64,000 bases of DNA from an uncultured Actinomycetota bacterium (lineage in GTDB: Bacteria > Actinomycetota > Actinomycetes > Propionibacteriales > Nocardioidaceae). Where the stretch lies: positions 2,458-66,457 of the forward strand of contig CAWDDN010000022.1 of NCBI GenBank assembly GCA_963801135.1. Reading direction: 5' to 3'. Within the stretch, counting starts at the first letter, position 1, and every line of letters begins with the position of its first letter. The translations under genes and the position numbers were made by a program. The notes below the pieces were generated by a model. It saw nothing but the letters and a program-made list of their open reading frames with translations. It had not been told where the DNA came from and ran no database searches. Shown piece by piece: positions 27,272-37,278 of the stretch.

Positions 27272-29029
27272 TCACAGGCGCAGGGCGGCGAGGGCGGCGC
27301 GGATCTCCTCCTCGGGCGCCTTGAGCTGCTCGCGGTCGTAGGTGAGCAGCCCGTTGACCTCGTCCTCGACGTCGGAGAGCTGGGTGTAGACGGTGGCCGA
27401 GAGCCCCCGCCGCACAGCGGGACCCAGCTGGTCGACGTGCAGGTCGGTGAAGGCACGCAGCCACTCCTCGCTGGTCTCGCTGGTGCCGTGACCGAACGTG
27501 CGGTCCTCGTCCCACACGTGCCCCGGCGCCAGCAGCGAGACCCCGCCGTACTCCGAGAGCGCCAGCACCCGCCGGTCCTCCCGAGCGCGCGTCGGCACCT
27601 CGAACTCGCGCTGGTAGACGTGCAGACTCCAGACGTCACCGGCGCCCTGGTCGTGCCAGCCGCTGGCATGGTCCACCAACCGACTGGGGTCGCGCCGAGC
27701 GACCCCGCCGGCGATCCTGGCGGCGTCGAACTGGCCCCAGCCCTCGTTGAACGGCACCCACACCACGACCGAGACCACGTTATGCAGCTGGCCGAGCGTG
27801 CGTGCGAGCTCGGCCTCGAAGAGGAGGCGCCCGGCCTTGTCGGACCGTCCCAGCCGCCGCCGTCGCACGGTGTCGTCGAACGGCTGCTCCGAGGCTCGCG
27901 CGACCGCCCGCCGCCGATAGGGCCCGCCGCCGTTGACCGCGTCCTGCCACACCAGCATGCCGAGACGGTCGCAGTGGTGGTACCACCGCATCGGCTCGAT
28001 CTTGATGTGCTTGCGCAGCATCGTGAACCCGAGCCGCTTCATCGTGGCGATGTCGTGCACCAGCGCCTCGTCCGATGGCGCCGTCATCAGGCCGTCGGGC
28101 CAGTAGCCCTGGTCGAGGACGCCGACGTGCAACATCGGCTCGCCGTTGAGGGTGATCCTGGGGTGGCCGTCCAGGTCGGTCGCGGTGCCCACGCTCCTCA
28201 TCCCGGCGTACGAGGTGACCCGGTCCTCGCCGAGCCTGACCTCGACGTCGTACAGGTGAGGGTCGTCGGGGCTCCACGGCCTGACGTCGTCGATGCGGAT
28301 CCGGACCGGCTGACCTGGGGTCACGTCGACCGCGCTGCCGGCGACTGCCACCTGCGCCGGCTGGTCGGAGGCGGTTCCCGCGGCGTGGACGGTGACCTCG
28401 AGGTCGCCGCCCCGGTGGCCGTCGTCGAGGTACGGCGTCAGGGTCAGACGCTCGACCCATGTGGCGGGCACGGACTCGAGCCAGACGGTCTGCCAGATGC
28501 CGGACTGAGCGGTGTACCAGATGGCTCCGCGTTCGAGCCGCTGCTTGCCGAAGGCGTGCTGGTGGTCGTCGCTGTGGTCGCGCACCGCGACGACGAGGGT
28601 GTTCTCGCCGTCGCGGAGGGCGTCGGTGATGTCGAGGTGGAAGGCCCAGTAGCCACCCTCGTTCCCGCCGACCTCGACGTCGTTGACCCAGACCTGGCAG
28701 GTCTGGTCGACGGCGCCGAAGTGGAGCAGCACCCGGTCGTGCACGAAGCCGGGCGGGAGGGTGAACCCGCGGCGGTACCAGAGGCGCTGGTCGCGCTGGA
28801 GCTGGCGTCTTACGCCGGACAGCGGCGCCTCGGGGGAGAACGGCACCACGATCGGGCCGTCGTAGCCGGCCGGGGCGGGCGCATCGGCGCGGGTGATCGC
28901 GTGCTCCCAGGTGCCGTTGAGGTTGACGTAGCTGTCCCTGACCAGCTGGGGGCGTGGGTACTCCGGCAGCACGTTCGCCGGGTCGAGCGCGCGACCCCAA
29001 CGGGTCAGCAGGTCGGCCATGCGCGCCAT
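27272..29029 (-). CDS. Glycoside hydrolase family 2 protein
   Basis: Track ORF 27272..29089. The GH2 sugar-binding N-domain (YPRPQLVRDSYVNLNGTWEH) and the TIM-barrel acid/base region VVWVPFNEGWGQFD are present. The start is taken at the MARMADLL methionine. Confidence 0.85.
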   Translation of the reverse strand: MARMADLLTRWGRALDPANVLPEYPRPQLVRDSYVNLNGTWEHAITRADAPAPAGYDGPIVVPFSPEAPLSGVRRQLQRDQRLWYRRGFTLPPGFVHDRVLLHFGAVDQTCQVWVNDVEVGGNEGGYWAFHLDITDALRDGENTLVVAVRDHSDDHQHAFGKQRLERGAIWYTAQSGIWQTVWLESVPATWVERLTLTPYLDDGHRGGDLEVTVHAAGTASDQPAQVAVAGSAVDVTPGQPVRIRIDDVRPWSPDDPHLYDVEVRLGEDRVTSYAGMRSVGTATDLDGHPRITLNGEPMLHVGVLDQGYWPDGLMTAPSDEALVHDIATMKRLGFTMLRKHIKIEPMRWYHHCDRLGMLVWQDAVNGGGPYRRRAVARASEQPFDDTVRRRRLGRSDKAGRLLFEAELARTLGQLHNVVSVVVWVPFNEGWGQFDAARIAGGVARRDPSRLVDHASGWHDQGAGDVWSLHVYQREFEVPTRAREDRRVLALSEYGGVSLLAPGHVWDEDRTFGHGTSETSEEWLRAFTDLHVDQLGPAVRRGLSATVYTQLSDVEDEVNGLLTYDREQLKAPEEEIRAALAALRL

Positions 29030-29060
29030 CCTGGCAGCAGCTCGCCTCCGGGTCGCCGTC

Positions 29061-29143
29061 GGCGTACTCCCCTCACCGAACTGGCGCACCCCTCACGACC
29101 TATCGCGAGGGAAGCATCGGTTCCCCAGGTGATCGTGGGAAAC
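29061..29143 (+). repeat. Dispersed intergenic palindromic element, copy B
   Basis: The sequence is GGCGTACTCCCCTCACCGAACTGGCGCACCCCTCACGACCTATCGCGAGGGAAGCATCGGTTCCCCAGGTGATCGTGGGAAAC. It contains hairpins CCCTCACGA/TCGCGAGGG and GGGAA/TTCCC. Confidence 0.7.
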
Positions 29144-29174
29144 CGCCGGGTCGACCCGGGCCGCCGGCGCTGGG

Positions 29175-30321
29175 TCAGAGGCCGAGGTCGCGGCCGATGA
29201 GCTCCTTCATGATCTCGTTGGAGCCGGCCCAGATCTTGGAGACCCGGGCGTCGCGCCAGGCGCGGGCGACGCGGTACTCGTTCATGTAGCCGTAGCCGCC
29301 GTGGATCTGGACGCAGTGGTCGAGGATCTCGTTCTGCACCTGCGAGCTCCACCACTTCGCCTTCGCGGCGTCGGTGGGCGTGAGCTCCTCCTTGTCGTGG
29401 GAGACCACGCACTCGTCGATGAACGCCTGGGTGACGTCGATCTTGGTGACCATCTCCGCCAGCAGGAACTTGTTCCACTGGAACGACCCGATGCCCTGCC
29501 CGAACGCCTTGCGCTCCTTGGCGTACTCCAGCGTCTCCAGCAGGATCTGCTTGGCGTGAGCGAGGTTGGAGACCGCGCAGCCGAGCCGTTCCTGCGGCAG
29601 CATCTGCATCATGTGGATGAAGCCGCCGTCGATCTCGCCGATGATGTCGTCGTCGGTGCAGCGGAGGTTCTCGAAGAACATCTCGGCGGTGTCGGACTCG
29701 GTCTGGCCGACCTTGTCGAGCTTGCGGCCGACCGAGTAGCCGTCCTTGTCGGTCTCGACGCCGAAGAGGGTGATGCCCCGCGCCTTCTTCTCCGGACTGG
29801 TGCGCGCGGCGACCACCACGAGGTCGGCGGAGTAGCCGTTGGTGATGAAGGTCTTGGACCCGTTGATCACCCAGTCGTCACCGTCACGGACGGCCGTCGT
29901 CTTCAGCGCCGCGAGGTCGGAGCCGCCCGACGGCTCGGTCATGCCGATGGCGCAGAGGTTCTCCCCGCTCGCGAGCCCCGGGAAGCCAGCGCTTCTTCTG
30001 CTCCTCGGTGGTCAGCTCGACCAGGTACGGCGCCACGATGTCGGCGTGGATGCCCACGCAGGCCGACAGCGCCGCGTTGACGTGGGACAGCTCCTCCATG
30101 AGGACGGCGTTGAAGCGGTAGTCGCCGGCCTCCATGCCGCCGTACTCCTCGGGCACCTCCAGGCCGAGCATGCCGGCGTTGCCGGCAGCCAGCCAGAAGT
30201 CGCGGCCGAACTCCTTGTTCTCCAGGTGCTCCTCGAGGTGGGGCTCCACCTCGCGGGCGATGAACTCGCGGACGCTGGACCGGAAGGCCTCGTGGTCCTC
30301 GTTGTAGATGGTTCGCTTCAT
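29175..30321 (-). pseudogene. Acyl-CoA dehydrogenase, frame broken in the run CCCC at 29976-29979
   Basis: The N-part MKRTIYNEDHEAFRSSVREF...TTEEQKKRWLPG continues in another frame as LASGENLCAIGMTEPSGGSDLAALKTTA...GGYGYMNEYRVARAWRDARV. The span is 1147 nt (3n+1). Confidence 0.85.
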
Positions 30322-30419
30322 CGGGCACCTCGTGGTCACTGGCGGGCAAGACGGCGCGGCCATTGTCCCAGGCGCGTCGGCGCAGTGTCACCCGGAGTCC
30401 GCCCCGGGGCCACCGGTGG

Positions 30420-31100
30420 TCAGCCGCCGGCAGAGCGGATGGAACGCACCCGGACCAGGACCCACGCCACCACCGCGAGCACCACCAGCACGATGACGAT
30501 CCGCTGGAAGGTTCCCGCGTAGGTCTCGACGCGGTCCCACTGCTCGCCGAGTGCGAAGCCGGCGCCGACGAACACCGAGTTCCAGATCAGGCTGCCGGCC
30601 GTGGTGAAGAGCAGGAACGGCATCATCGCCATCCGCTCGATCCCGGCGGGGATCGAGATCAGGCTTCGGAAGATCGGGATCATCCGGCCGAAGAACACCG
30701 TGGCCCGGCCGTGGCGGTTGAAGAAGCCCTCTGCTCGCTCCAGGTCCTGGGTCTTCACCAGTGGGATGACCGACCAGATCCGGTACATCCGGTCACGGCC
30801 GAACCAGGCGCCCAGCCCGTACATCACGACCGCCCCGACGAGCGATCCCAGCGTCGTCCACACGATCGCGGAGAACAGCGAGAAGTTGCCCTGGCTGGCG
30901 GTGAAGCCGGCCAGCGGCAGGATGATCTCGCTGGGCAGCGGCGGGAAGAGGTTCTCGATCGCGATCGCGAGCCCGGCTCCCGGGGCGCCGATCGCCTCCA
31001 TCAAGCTCACCGCCCAACCGGCGACGCCGCCGAGATCCTCGCCGCCGGACGTGGACGACGCGGCGGCCACCCAGTGCGGGGCCAGCGCGGACATCACCAC
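30420..31100 (-). CDS. DedA-family membrane protein
   Basis: 226 aa with ENLFPPLPSEIILPLAGF and FGRMIPIFRSLISIPAG, the signature DedA/SNARE-associated motifs. Confidence 0.88.
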   Translation of the reverse strand: MVMSALAPHWVAAASSTSGGEDLGGVAGWAVSLMEAIGAPGAGLAIAIENLFPPLPSEIILPLAGFTASQGNFSLFSAIVWTTLGSLVGAVVMYGLGAWFGRDRMYRIWSVIPLVKTQDLERAEGFFNRHGRATVFFGRMIPIFRSLISIPAGIERMAMMPFLLFTTAGSLIWNSVFVGAGFALGEQWDRVETYAGTFQRIVIVLVVLAVVAWVLVRVRSIRSAGG

Positions 31101-32048
31101 TCAGGCTCCTCGCTTGCGGGCGATCTCGTAGAGCGCGATGCCAGCAGCGACGCCCGCGTTGAGCGACTCCAGCTGGTTGGCCATCGGGATCGACACCAGC
31201 TGGTCGCAGGTCTCCTCGACCAGACGCGACAACCCGGCACCCTCCGCACCTACGACCAGCACCAGCGGGCCGTCGGCCAGGTCCAGGTCCGGGAGCGCGA
31301 CCTCGCCCTCGGCCGCGAGCCCGACGACCATGCAGCCGGCCTCCTGGTAGTCCTTGAGCGCCCGGACGAGGTTGGTGGCCTGCGCCACCGGTATCCGCGC
31401 GGCGGCACCGGCGGAGGTCTTCCACGCCGACGCGGTCATCCCGGCCGCCCTTCGCTCGGGCACGACGACGCCGTGGGCACCGAATCCGGCTGCGGAGCGC
31501 ACGACCGCCCCCAGGTTGCGCGGGTCGGTCACCGAGTCCAGCGCCACCACCAGCGGTGCCTGCCCGGTCGTAGCGGAGTCGTCGAGCAGGTCGCGCGGGT
31601 GGGCGTAGGAGTACGGCGGGATCTTGGCGGCCAGCCCTTGGTGCACCGCGCGGTCGGTCAGCCGGTCGAGCTCGGCCTTGGTGACCTCGAGCAGCGGCAG
31701 CCCGCGCTCGGCGACGATCGCGAACGCCTCCCGCAACCGACCGTCGCGCTCGGCGCCCTCCGCGACGTACACCGTGGTGACCGGCACCTCGGCACGCAGC
31801 GCCTCGAGCACCGAGTTCCGCCCGGCCACCCACTCGCTGTCCTGCTGATTGCGGCGGGAACGGGACTGCTGGGCCTGCTTCTGGCTTCGCCTCTTGGCCT
31901 GGTGCGCCTTGTGGCCCTCGCGCTCCTCGGCCTTGGGCGTGGGCCCTCTGCCCTCGAGGCCGCGGCGTACCCGGCCTCCCGAGCCGGCGGTCGGGTTGCC
32001 CTTGTTGGTCTTGCGCACGGCGCCGCGCCGTGACGAGTTTCCGGCCAT
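31101..32048 (-). CDS. rlmB: 23S rRNA (guanosine-2'-O)-methyltransferase RlmB (SpoU/TrmH family)
   Basis: 315 aa with a basic N-terminal tail, a substrate-binding domain and SpoU motifs LVVALDSVTDPRNLGAVVRSA and IPMANQLESLNAGVAAGIALYE. It lies downstream of cysS as in other actinobacteria. Confidence 0.88.
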   Translation of the reverse strand: MAGNSSRRGAVRKTNKGNPTAGSGGRVRRGLEGRGPTPKAEEREGHKAHQAKRRSQKQAQQSRSRRNQQDSEWVAGRNSVLEALRAEVPVTTVYVAEGAERDGRLREAFAIVAERGLPLLEVTKAELDRLTDRAVHQGLAAKIPPYSYAHPRDLLDDSATTGQAPLVVALDSVTDPRNLGAVVRSAAGFGAHGVVVPERRAAGMTASAWKTSAGAAARIPVAQATNLVRALKDYQEAGCMVVGLAAEGEVALPDLDLADGPLVLVVGAEGAGLSRLVEETCDQLVSIPMANQLESLNAGVAAGIALYEIARKRGA

Positions 32049-32178
32049 CAGCCGCCCGCCCTCTCCTGAGGTGAATCGGTGTCACGGTCGCTCATCACAG
32101 GTCGTGACGCGTGCGCGCCGTCCGAAGGACCGCGCAGGGACGCCGGCCGCCTCGTCGCCGGCGACGGCTCGACCGCGC

Positions 32179-33591
32179 TCACCGCAGTGCCCACGAGGAG
32201 CCCGACGGACCGTCCTCGATCTCGATGCCGGCAGCGCGCAGCTGGTCGCGGATCGCGTCCGCGCTTGCGAAGTCCTTCGCTGTCCTGGCTTCTTGTCGCT
32301 GCGACAAGAGCCCTTGCGCCAACACGTCGATGACGCCCCGCAGTCGCTCCTCCTCGCCGGCGGATGCGCTGCCCGACCAGTGCTCGTCGAACGGGTCGCA
32401 GCCCAGCGCCCCCAGCATGGCCCGTACGGCGCGGGCAGCGCCGCGCGCGCTCGTCGTGTCGCCCCCGGCGAGCAGCTTGTTGCCCTCGCGCACCACCTCG
32501 TGGATGGCGGCGACGGCGGCAGAGGTGTTGAGGTCGTCGTCCATCGCGGTCTCGAAGTCCGCACACCCAGCGCCGAGACCGTCGAGCGGTTCCACCTGCC
32601 CCGCACGCTCGAGGAAGTGCTCGATGCGGCGGAACGACGTCGCCGACTCCTCGAGCGACTCGAAGGAGAAGTCGATCGTCGACCGGTAGTGCGACGAGAC
32701 GACGTAGTAGCGCAGCTCGACCGGCCGGACCCGCTCCAGCACTGCGGGCACCGTCATGGAGTTGCCGAGGGACTTGCTCATCTTCTCGCCGGCCGTGGTG
32801 AGCCACGCGTTGTGCATCCAGATGCTGGCGAAGTCCTGGCCGGCGGCGCGGGACTGCGCCTGCTCGTTCTCGTGGTGGGGGAACCGCAGGTCGACCCCGC
32901 CCCCGTGGATGTCGAAGGCGTCACCCAGGTACTTCGACGCCATCGCGGAGCACTCGATGTGCCACCCCGGTCGGCCGCGACCCCACGGCGTCGGCCACGA
33001 GGCGGTCGCCGGCTCGCCCTCCTTCTGGCCCTTCCACAGCGCGAAGTCCCGCGGGTCGCGCTTGCCGCGCGGGTCGGCGTCCTCGGCGGGAGACATCTCG
33101 TCGAGCCGCTGACCGGAGAGCTCGCCGTACGAGGGCCAGGTGCGCACGTCGAAGTAGACGTCACCCGAACCGTCGTCGGCGACGTAGGCGTGGCCGCGCT
33201 CGAGGAGCCGCTCGATGAGCTCGACCATCTCCGGCACGTGGCCGGTGGCCTGCGGCTCGTACGTCGGCGGTGCCACCCCCAGCGCGTCGTACGCCGCGGT
33301 GAGCTGGCGCTGCATGTCGTAGGCGAGGTTGTACCAGGGCCTGCCCTGCTCGGCGGCCTTGATGAGGATCTTGTCGTCGATGTCGGTGATGTTGCGGATG
33401 AAGGTCACCTCGAACCCGCGCACCTCCAGCCACCGTCGCAGGACGTCGAAGTTGACCGCCGACCGCACATGGCCCACGTGGGGCTCGGACTGCACCGTGA
33501 GGCCGCAGACATAGACCCCGACCTTGCCCTCGACCAGAGGCCGCAGCGCCCGCACCTGGCGGGTGGCGGAGTCGTAGAGCCGGATCGTCAC
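32179..33591 (-). CDS. cysS: Cysteine--tRNA ligase
   Basis: The conserved protein starts [12 protein letters not shown] at GTG 33591. It has HVGH (HIGH), [19 protein letters not shown] and KMSKS. The track ORF extends to 35010 only because upstream stops are absent. Confidence 0.92.
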   Translation of the reverse strand: MTIRLYDSATRQVRALRPLVEGKVGVYVCGLTVQSEPHVGHVRSAVNFDVLRRWLEVRGFEVTFIRNITDIDDKILIKAAEQGRPWYNLAYDMQRQLTAAYDALGVAPPTYEPQATGHVPEMVELIERLLERGHAYVADDGSGDVYFDVRTWPSYGELSGQRLDEMSPAEDADPRGKRDPRDFALWKGQKEGEPATASWPTPWGRGRPGWHIECSAMASKYLGDAFDIHGGGVDLRFPHHENEQAQSRAAGQDFASIWMHNAWLTTAGEKMSKSLGNSMTVPAVLERVRPVELRYYVVSSHYRSTIDFSFESLEESATSFRRIEHFLERAGQVEPLDGLGAGCADFETAMDDDLNTSAAVAAIHEVVREGNKLLAGGDTTSARGAARAVRAMLGALGCDPFDEHWSGSASAGEEERLRGVIDVLAQGLLSQRQEARTAKDFASADAIRDQLRAAGIEIEDGPSGSSWALR

Positions 33592-33647
33592 CTGCGGAAG
33601 TCTAGGGCCGCGGAGCGGCGGGCCGGACCGGCGGCCGCGCGGGGTCG

Positions 33648-33695
33648 TCGCGCCGGGTGGTCGCGCCGGGTGGTCGTGCCGGGTGGTCCCGGCGG
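33648..33695. repeat. Tandem repeat, 13-bp unit TCGCGCCGGGTGG x about 3.5
   Basis: Two exact copies, one 1-mismatch copy and a partial copy. It lies in the divergent gap between cysS and the C39-like peptidase gene. Confidence 0.8.
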
Positions 33696-33759
33696 CTGCC
33701 CTGCCGGTTGGGTGGGCGAGACACCGCGCGGCGGGCGACCGTTGAGACCTGCCACGGAT

Positions 33760-35046
33760 GTGACGAAAGTGAACCAACGAGGCAGGAATCGATCTACCGT
33801 TTCCGGGGTGCGCCCCTCCAAGACTCTGCTGATCGGCCTCTGCGCCGCGGCCGTGGCGCTGACCACGGCCCCCGCGACGAGCCCTGCCGACGCCCGATCC
33901 TCGGCCCCCCGCCAGGTCTCGCTGACCAGGTGGGACACGACGACCCACTTCGAGCGCGGGGTGGCCCGCGGCCTCAGCGTCGTCGACGGCGAGCTCCGCC
34001 TCAGCGACCCCCTCACCAGGAGGGGGTGGGAGCGTGGCATCTGGGTGAGCCCCTGGACCACGGAGAAGTTCGCGCTCACCGAGGCGGTGCCCTCGTGGGA
34101 CGCCCGCACGCCGGGCCCGTCGAGACTCCACGTGTGGATCCGGGGGCGCACGGCCGGCGGCACCCGGACCTCGTGGGACCGGCTCGCGGTCTGGGCGGCC
34201 GGCGACCGCCACCACCGGCGCCGCAGCGCGGACAGCCAGCCCGACGACGGCGGGCGGGTCTCCTACGACACCTGGCTCACCAGCTCCTCCACCGGCGTGA
34301 CGTCGTGGCAGCTGCGGGTGTGGCTGGAGCGGCCTCGTGGCACCCAGGCCCGACCGACCCTCGACACCGTCGGCTCCGTGGTCTCGAGGCTGCCGAACGT
34401 GAGCGGCGTCGCGACCTCCCGGCCACGCCCGGCTCCCAACCCTGCCCTGGGCAGGACACTGCCGGTTCCGCGCTACAGCCAGATGCAGCACCGGGGCCAC
34501 TACCCGGCGTACGACGGCGGCGGAGCGGCCTGGTGCTCCCCCACCTCGGTCTCCATGGTGCTGGGCTACTACCACCGCCTGCCCGGCAAGCGGGCGCTGA
34601 GCTGGATCCGACCGACCCACCCTGCCCGCGTGGTCGACCACGCCGCCCGCATGACGTACGACGCGCACCTCGGCGGCACCGGCAACTGGGCCTTCAACAC
34701 CGCCTACGCCGCCGGTCGCACCGGCAACGCCTGGGTGACCCGGCTGCGCAGCCTGCGAGATGCCGAACGGTGGATCGCGCGAGGCGTGCCGGTCGTGGCG
34801 TCGCTGAGCTTCGGGCGAGGTCAGCTGCGCGGTGCCCCGCTCACCTCGACAGCCGGGCACCTCATGGTGATCGTCGGGTTCACCGCCGCGGGCAACGTGG
34901 TGGTCAACGACCCCGCGGCGTCCAGCCCCTCCGGCGTACGCCGGGTCTACGACCGCGGGCAGTTCGAGGACGCCTGGCTCAAGCGCTACACCTCCGGGGG
35001 TTCCCGGCACGGCTCCGGCGGCCTCGCCTACATCATCCGGAAGTGA
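33760..35046 (+). CDS. Secreted peptidase C39-like family protein
   Basis: It has a signal-like N-terminus ([29 protein letters not shown]), a nucleophile region [19 protein letters not shown] and His region [10 protein letters not shown]. The start is uncertain (GTG 33760, 33769 or 33808). Confidence 0.75.
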   Translation: MTKVNQRGRNRSTVSGVRPSKTLLIGLCAAAVALTTAPATSPADARSSAPRQVSLTRWDTTTHFERGVARGLSVVDGELRLSDPLTRRGWERGIWVSPWTTEKFALTEAVPSWDARTPGPSRLHVWIRGRTAGGTRTSWDRLAVWAAGDRHHRRRSADSQPDDGGRVSYDTWLTSSSTGVTSWQLRVWLERPRGTQARPTLDTVGSVVSRLPNVSGVATSRPRPAPNPALGRTLPVPRYSQMQHRGHYPAYDGGGAAWCSPTSVSMVLGYYHRLPGKRALSWIRPTHPARVVDHAARMTYDAHLGGTGNWAFNTAYAAGRTGNAWVTRLRSLRDAERWIARGVPVVASLSFGRGQLRGAPLTSTAGHLMVIVGFTAAGNVVVNDPAASSPSGVRRVYDRGQFEDAWLKRYTSGGSRHGSGGLAYIIRK

Positions 35047-35166
35047 TCCCCCTCGCCGAAAGGCGCTCGGTTCACCAGGTGATCGTGGGGTTCCGATGCT
35101 CCCCTCACGATGTTTCCAGCGGGAAGCATCGGAGTACCGAAGTGATCGTGGTGAACTGGCAACCCC
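35047..35166. repeat. Dispersed intergenic palindromic element, composite inverted copy C
   Basis: It contains CACCAGGTGATCGTGGGGTTCCGATGCTCCCC and, inverted, GGGAAGCATCGGAGTACCGAAGTGATCGTGGTG. It shares blocks with copies A and B and lies in a convergent gap. Confidence 0.6.
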
Positions 35167-36648
35167 TCACTCGGCGGTGAAGTCGACGGCGTGCCAGCCG
35201 GTGGCACCGTCGGGCGCGACGTCGCGGCGTACGCCGGTCTGGGTGTCCCCGGAGCGGTCGGTGGCGCGGACGGCGAGGGAGTGGACGCCGGGCTCGACGG
35301 AGACCGAGCCCCGCCACTGCACCCAGGTGTCGACGTTGGGCACCCGGGCGAGGTCGACCTCCTGCCATCCCTCACCGTCGACCTGCACCTCCACCCGCTC
35401 GATGCCGACGTGCTGCGACCACGCCACGCCGGCGACCACGACGTCGCCCGCCCCCACCCGATGGTTCGCCCTGGGTACGTCGATGCGCGACTGGGTGCGG
35501 ATCGGCGCCTGCTCGGACCAACCCCGCGTCGTCCAGAACGCCTCGAAGTCCTCGAAGCGGGTGACCTCCATCTCCCGCACCCACTTGGTCGCCGAGACGT
35601 AGCCGTAGAGCCCGGGGACGACGACTCGCACCGGGAACCCGTGCTCCACCGGCAGGGGTCGTCCGTTCATCGCGACCGCCAGCAGCGCGTTGCGGTCGTC
35701 GGTGAGCGCCTCGAGCGGGGTGCCGCAGGTCCAGCCGTCCTCGGAGGTCTGCTTCACCGCGTCCGCGCCTTCCCCCACGCCCGCCTCGGCCAACAGGTCG
35801 GCCACGCGCACCCCGCTCCACCAGGCGTTGCCGATGAGGTCGCCGCCCACCTGGTTGGAGACGCAGCACAGCGTCACCCAGTCCTCGGTGAACTGCCGGT
35901 CCAGCAGGTCGTCGTAGGTCAGCTCCAGCTCGCGGTCGACCATGCCGTGGATGCGGAGCCGCCACTCGTCCGGGGTGACCGTCGGCACGGCCAGGGCGGT
36001 GTCGATGCGGTAGAAGTCGCCGTTGGGCGTGCGCCACGGCGACAGGTCGGGCACCGTCAGGTCGGCGCCTGCCGGCACCTGTCCGCGGCTGACGGGCAGG
36101 TCGAGCCGTTCGATGGTCTGCTCCACCTCGCGCCGCTTGCGGCCGAAGAGCCCACCGACGAGGCCGACGACCACCCCTCCGCCCCCGACGAGCAGCAGCC
36201 GGCGGCCGTAGGGACCCGTGATGCCGTCCGGCTCGTCCTCACGCGGCATCAGCACCGGGAGCAGTCCGACCCAGGCCAACGTGCCGGCGACGACCGGCAG
36301 GAGGGCGACCGCGCTCGACTCGGGGCGGGTCTGCACGCACACCGCCGCGACGACACCCATCGCGACGAAGACCAGCTGGCCCCGCCCCACCCGGTCACGA
36401 CCCAGCCACCCGGCGAACGCAGACAGCCCCGCGAGTCCGACCAGCGTGCCGGCGACCAGCAGCGGCTTGTCCCACTGCCCGACCAGGTCCACGAGGAGGT
36501 GCGCCACGTCCCCGGGGGTGGCGTCGATGACGGCCTCGGCGACGGCGGTGACGGGATCGAGGCGCAGCCGCAGCAGGGCTGAGGCGGCCAGCGCCACCGC
36601 CAGTCCGACCGCGCCGACCACCAGGCCGGACAACCATGTCCGCATCAC
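35167..36648 (-). CDS. Membrane-anchored molybdopterin-dependent oxidoreductase (sulfite-oxidase/YedY fold)
   Basis: 493 aa with N-terminal TM helices, then [15 protein letters not shown] (Mo-ligand Cys region), [20 protein letters not shown] and a C-terminal Ig-like domain. Confidence 0.82.
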   Translation of the reverse strand: MMRTWLSGLVVGAVGLAVALAASALLRLRLDPVTAVAEAVIDATPGDVAHLLVDLVGQWDKPLLVAGTLVGLAGLSAFAGWLGRDRVGRGQLVFVAMGVVAAVCVQTRPESSAVALLPVVAGTLAWVGLLPVLMPREDEPDGITGPYGRRLLLVGGGGVVVGLVGGLFGRKRREVEQTIERLDLPVSRGQVPAGADLTVPDLSPWRTPNGDFYRIDTALAVPTVTPDEWRLRIHGMVDRELELTYDDLLDRQFTEDWVTLCCVSNQVGGDLIGNAWWSGVRVADLLAEAGVGEGADAVKQTSEDGWTCGTPLEALTDDRNALLAVAMNGRPLPVEHGFPVRVVVPGLYGYVSATKWVREMEVTRFEDFEAFWTTRGWSEQAPIRTQSRIDVPRANHRVGAGDVVVAGVAWSQHVGIERVEVQVDGEGWQEVDLARVPNVDTWVQWRGSVSVEPGVHSLAVRATDRSGDTQTGVRRDVAPDGATGWHAVDFTAE

Positions 36649-36762
36649 GTCATCTTCCCGCAGGGGCCCATCGAACCGGCAACTCTCGCCTCACCCGTTG
36701 GTTCGCACGCGGGCGAGCCGCGGATTCCCCGGGGAGGTGCCGGTTGCAGCGGCCCCCACGGC

Positions 36763-37278
36763 ATGATGCGGGGCATGCACATCGCGAGCCTGCCGCGGGT
36801 CGGCATCGGCACCGACGTCCACCGCTTCGCCGAGGGCCGGCCGATGTGGCTGGCCGGGCTGGAGTTCCCTGACGAGCCGAGGGGCCTCCAGGGCCACTCC
36901 GACGCCGATGTCGCCTCCCACGCGGCCTGCGACGCCCTGCTGTCCGCAGCCGGGCTGGGCGACCTCGGCTCGCACTTCGGCACCGACGAGCCGCAGTGGG
37001 CCGGCGCCGCGGGCGCCACCCTCCTGGCCGAGACGGTACGACGCGTGCGCGAGGCGGGCTTCGAGGTGGGCAACGTCGCGATCCAGGTGATCGGCAACCG
37101 CCCCCGGCTCGCCGCCCGCCGCGCGGAGGCCGAGCGCGCCATGACCGCTGCAGCAGGCGCACCGGTCTCGGTGTCCGCGACCACCACCGATGGTCTCGGC
37201 CTCACCGGCCGCGGCGAGGGCGTCGCGGCGGTGGCGACCGCCCTGGTGTGGGCAGCCGGGCCCGAGGGGCGGGCGTGA
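36763..37278 (+). CDS. ispF: 2-C-methyl-D-erythritol 2,4-cyclodiphosphate synthase
   Basis: [40 protein letters not shown] and [14 protein letters not shown] are IspF signatures. Confidence 0.92.
   Translation: MMRGMHIASLPRVGIGTDVHRFAEGRPMWLAGLEFPDEPRGLQGHSDADVASHAACDALLSAAGLGDLGSHFGTDEPQWAGAAGATLLAETVRRVREAGFEVGNVAIQVIGNRPRLAARRAEAERAMTAAAGAPVSVSATTTDGLGLTGRGEGVAAVATALVWAAGPEGRA

Noticed and set aside
29101-29143. GAGGGAAGC...GGTGATCG block of the dispersed element compared with the cobalamin riboswitch core (AGGGAA...GGTGAAA...GCCACTG)
   Set aside because: Only a few bases coincide and there is no B12 box. Copies occur in convergent gaps and in both orientations, which fits a REP-like repeat and not a riboswitch.
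31849-33759. N-terminal about 630 codons of the 1065-aa + strand ORF that ends as the C39-like peptidase
   Set aside because: This part is antisense to rlmB and cysS and looks like noise. The peptidase-like sequence, with a signal peptide, only begins near 33760-33808.
33592-35010. 473-codon N-terminal extension of the cysS ORF (943 aa in the track)
   Set aside because: CysS homology starts at [12 protein letters not shown] (GTG 33591). The extension is antisense to the peptidase gene and has no CysS-like sequence.
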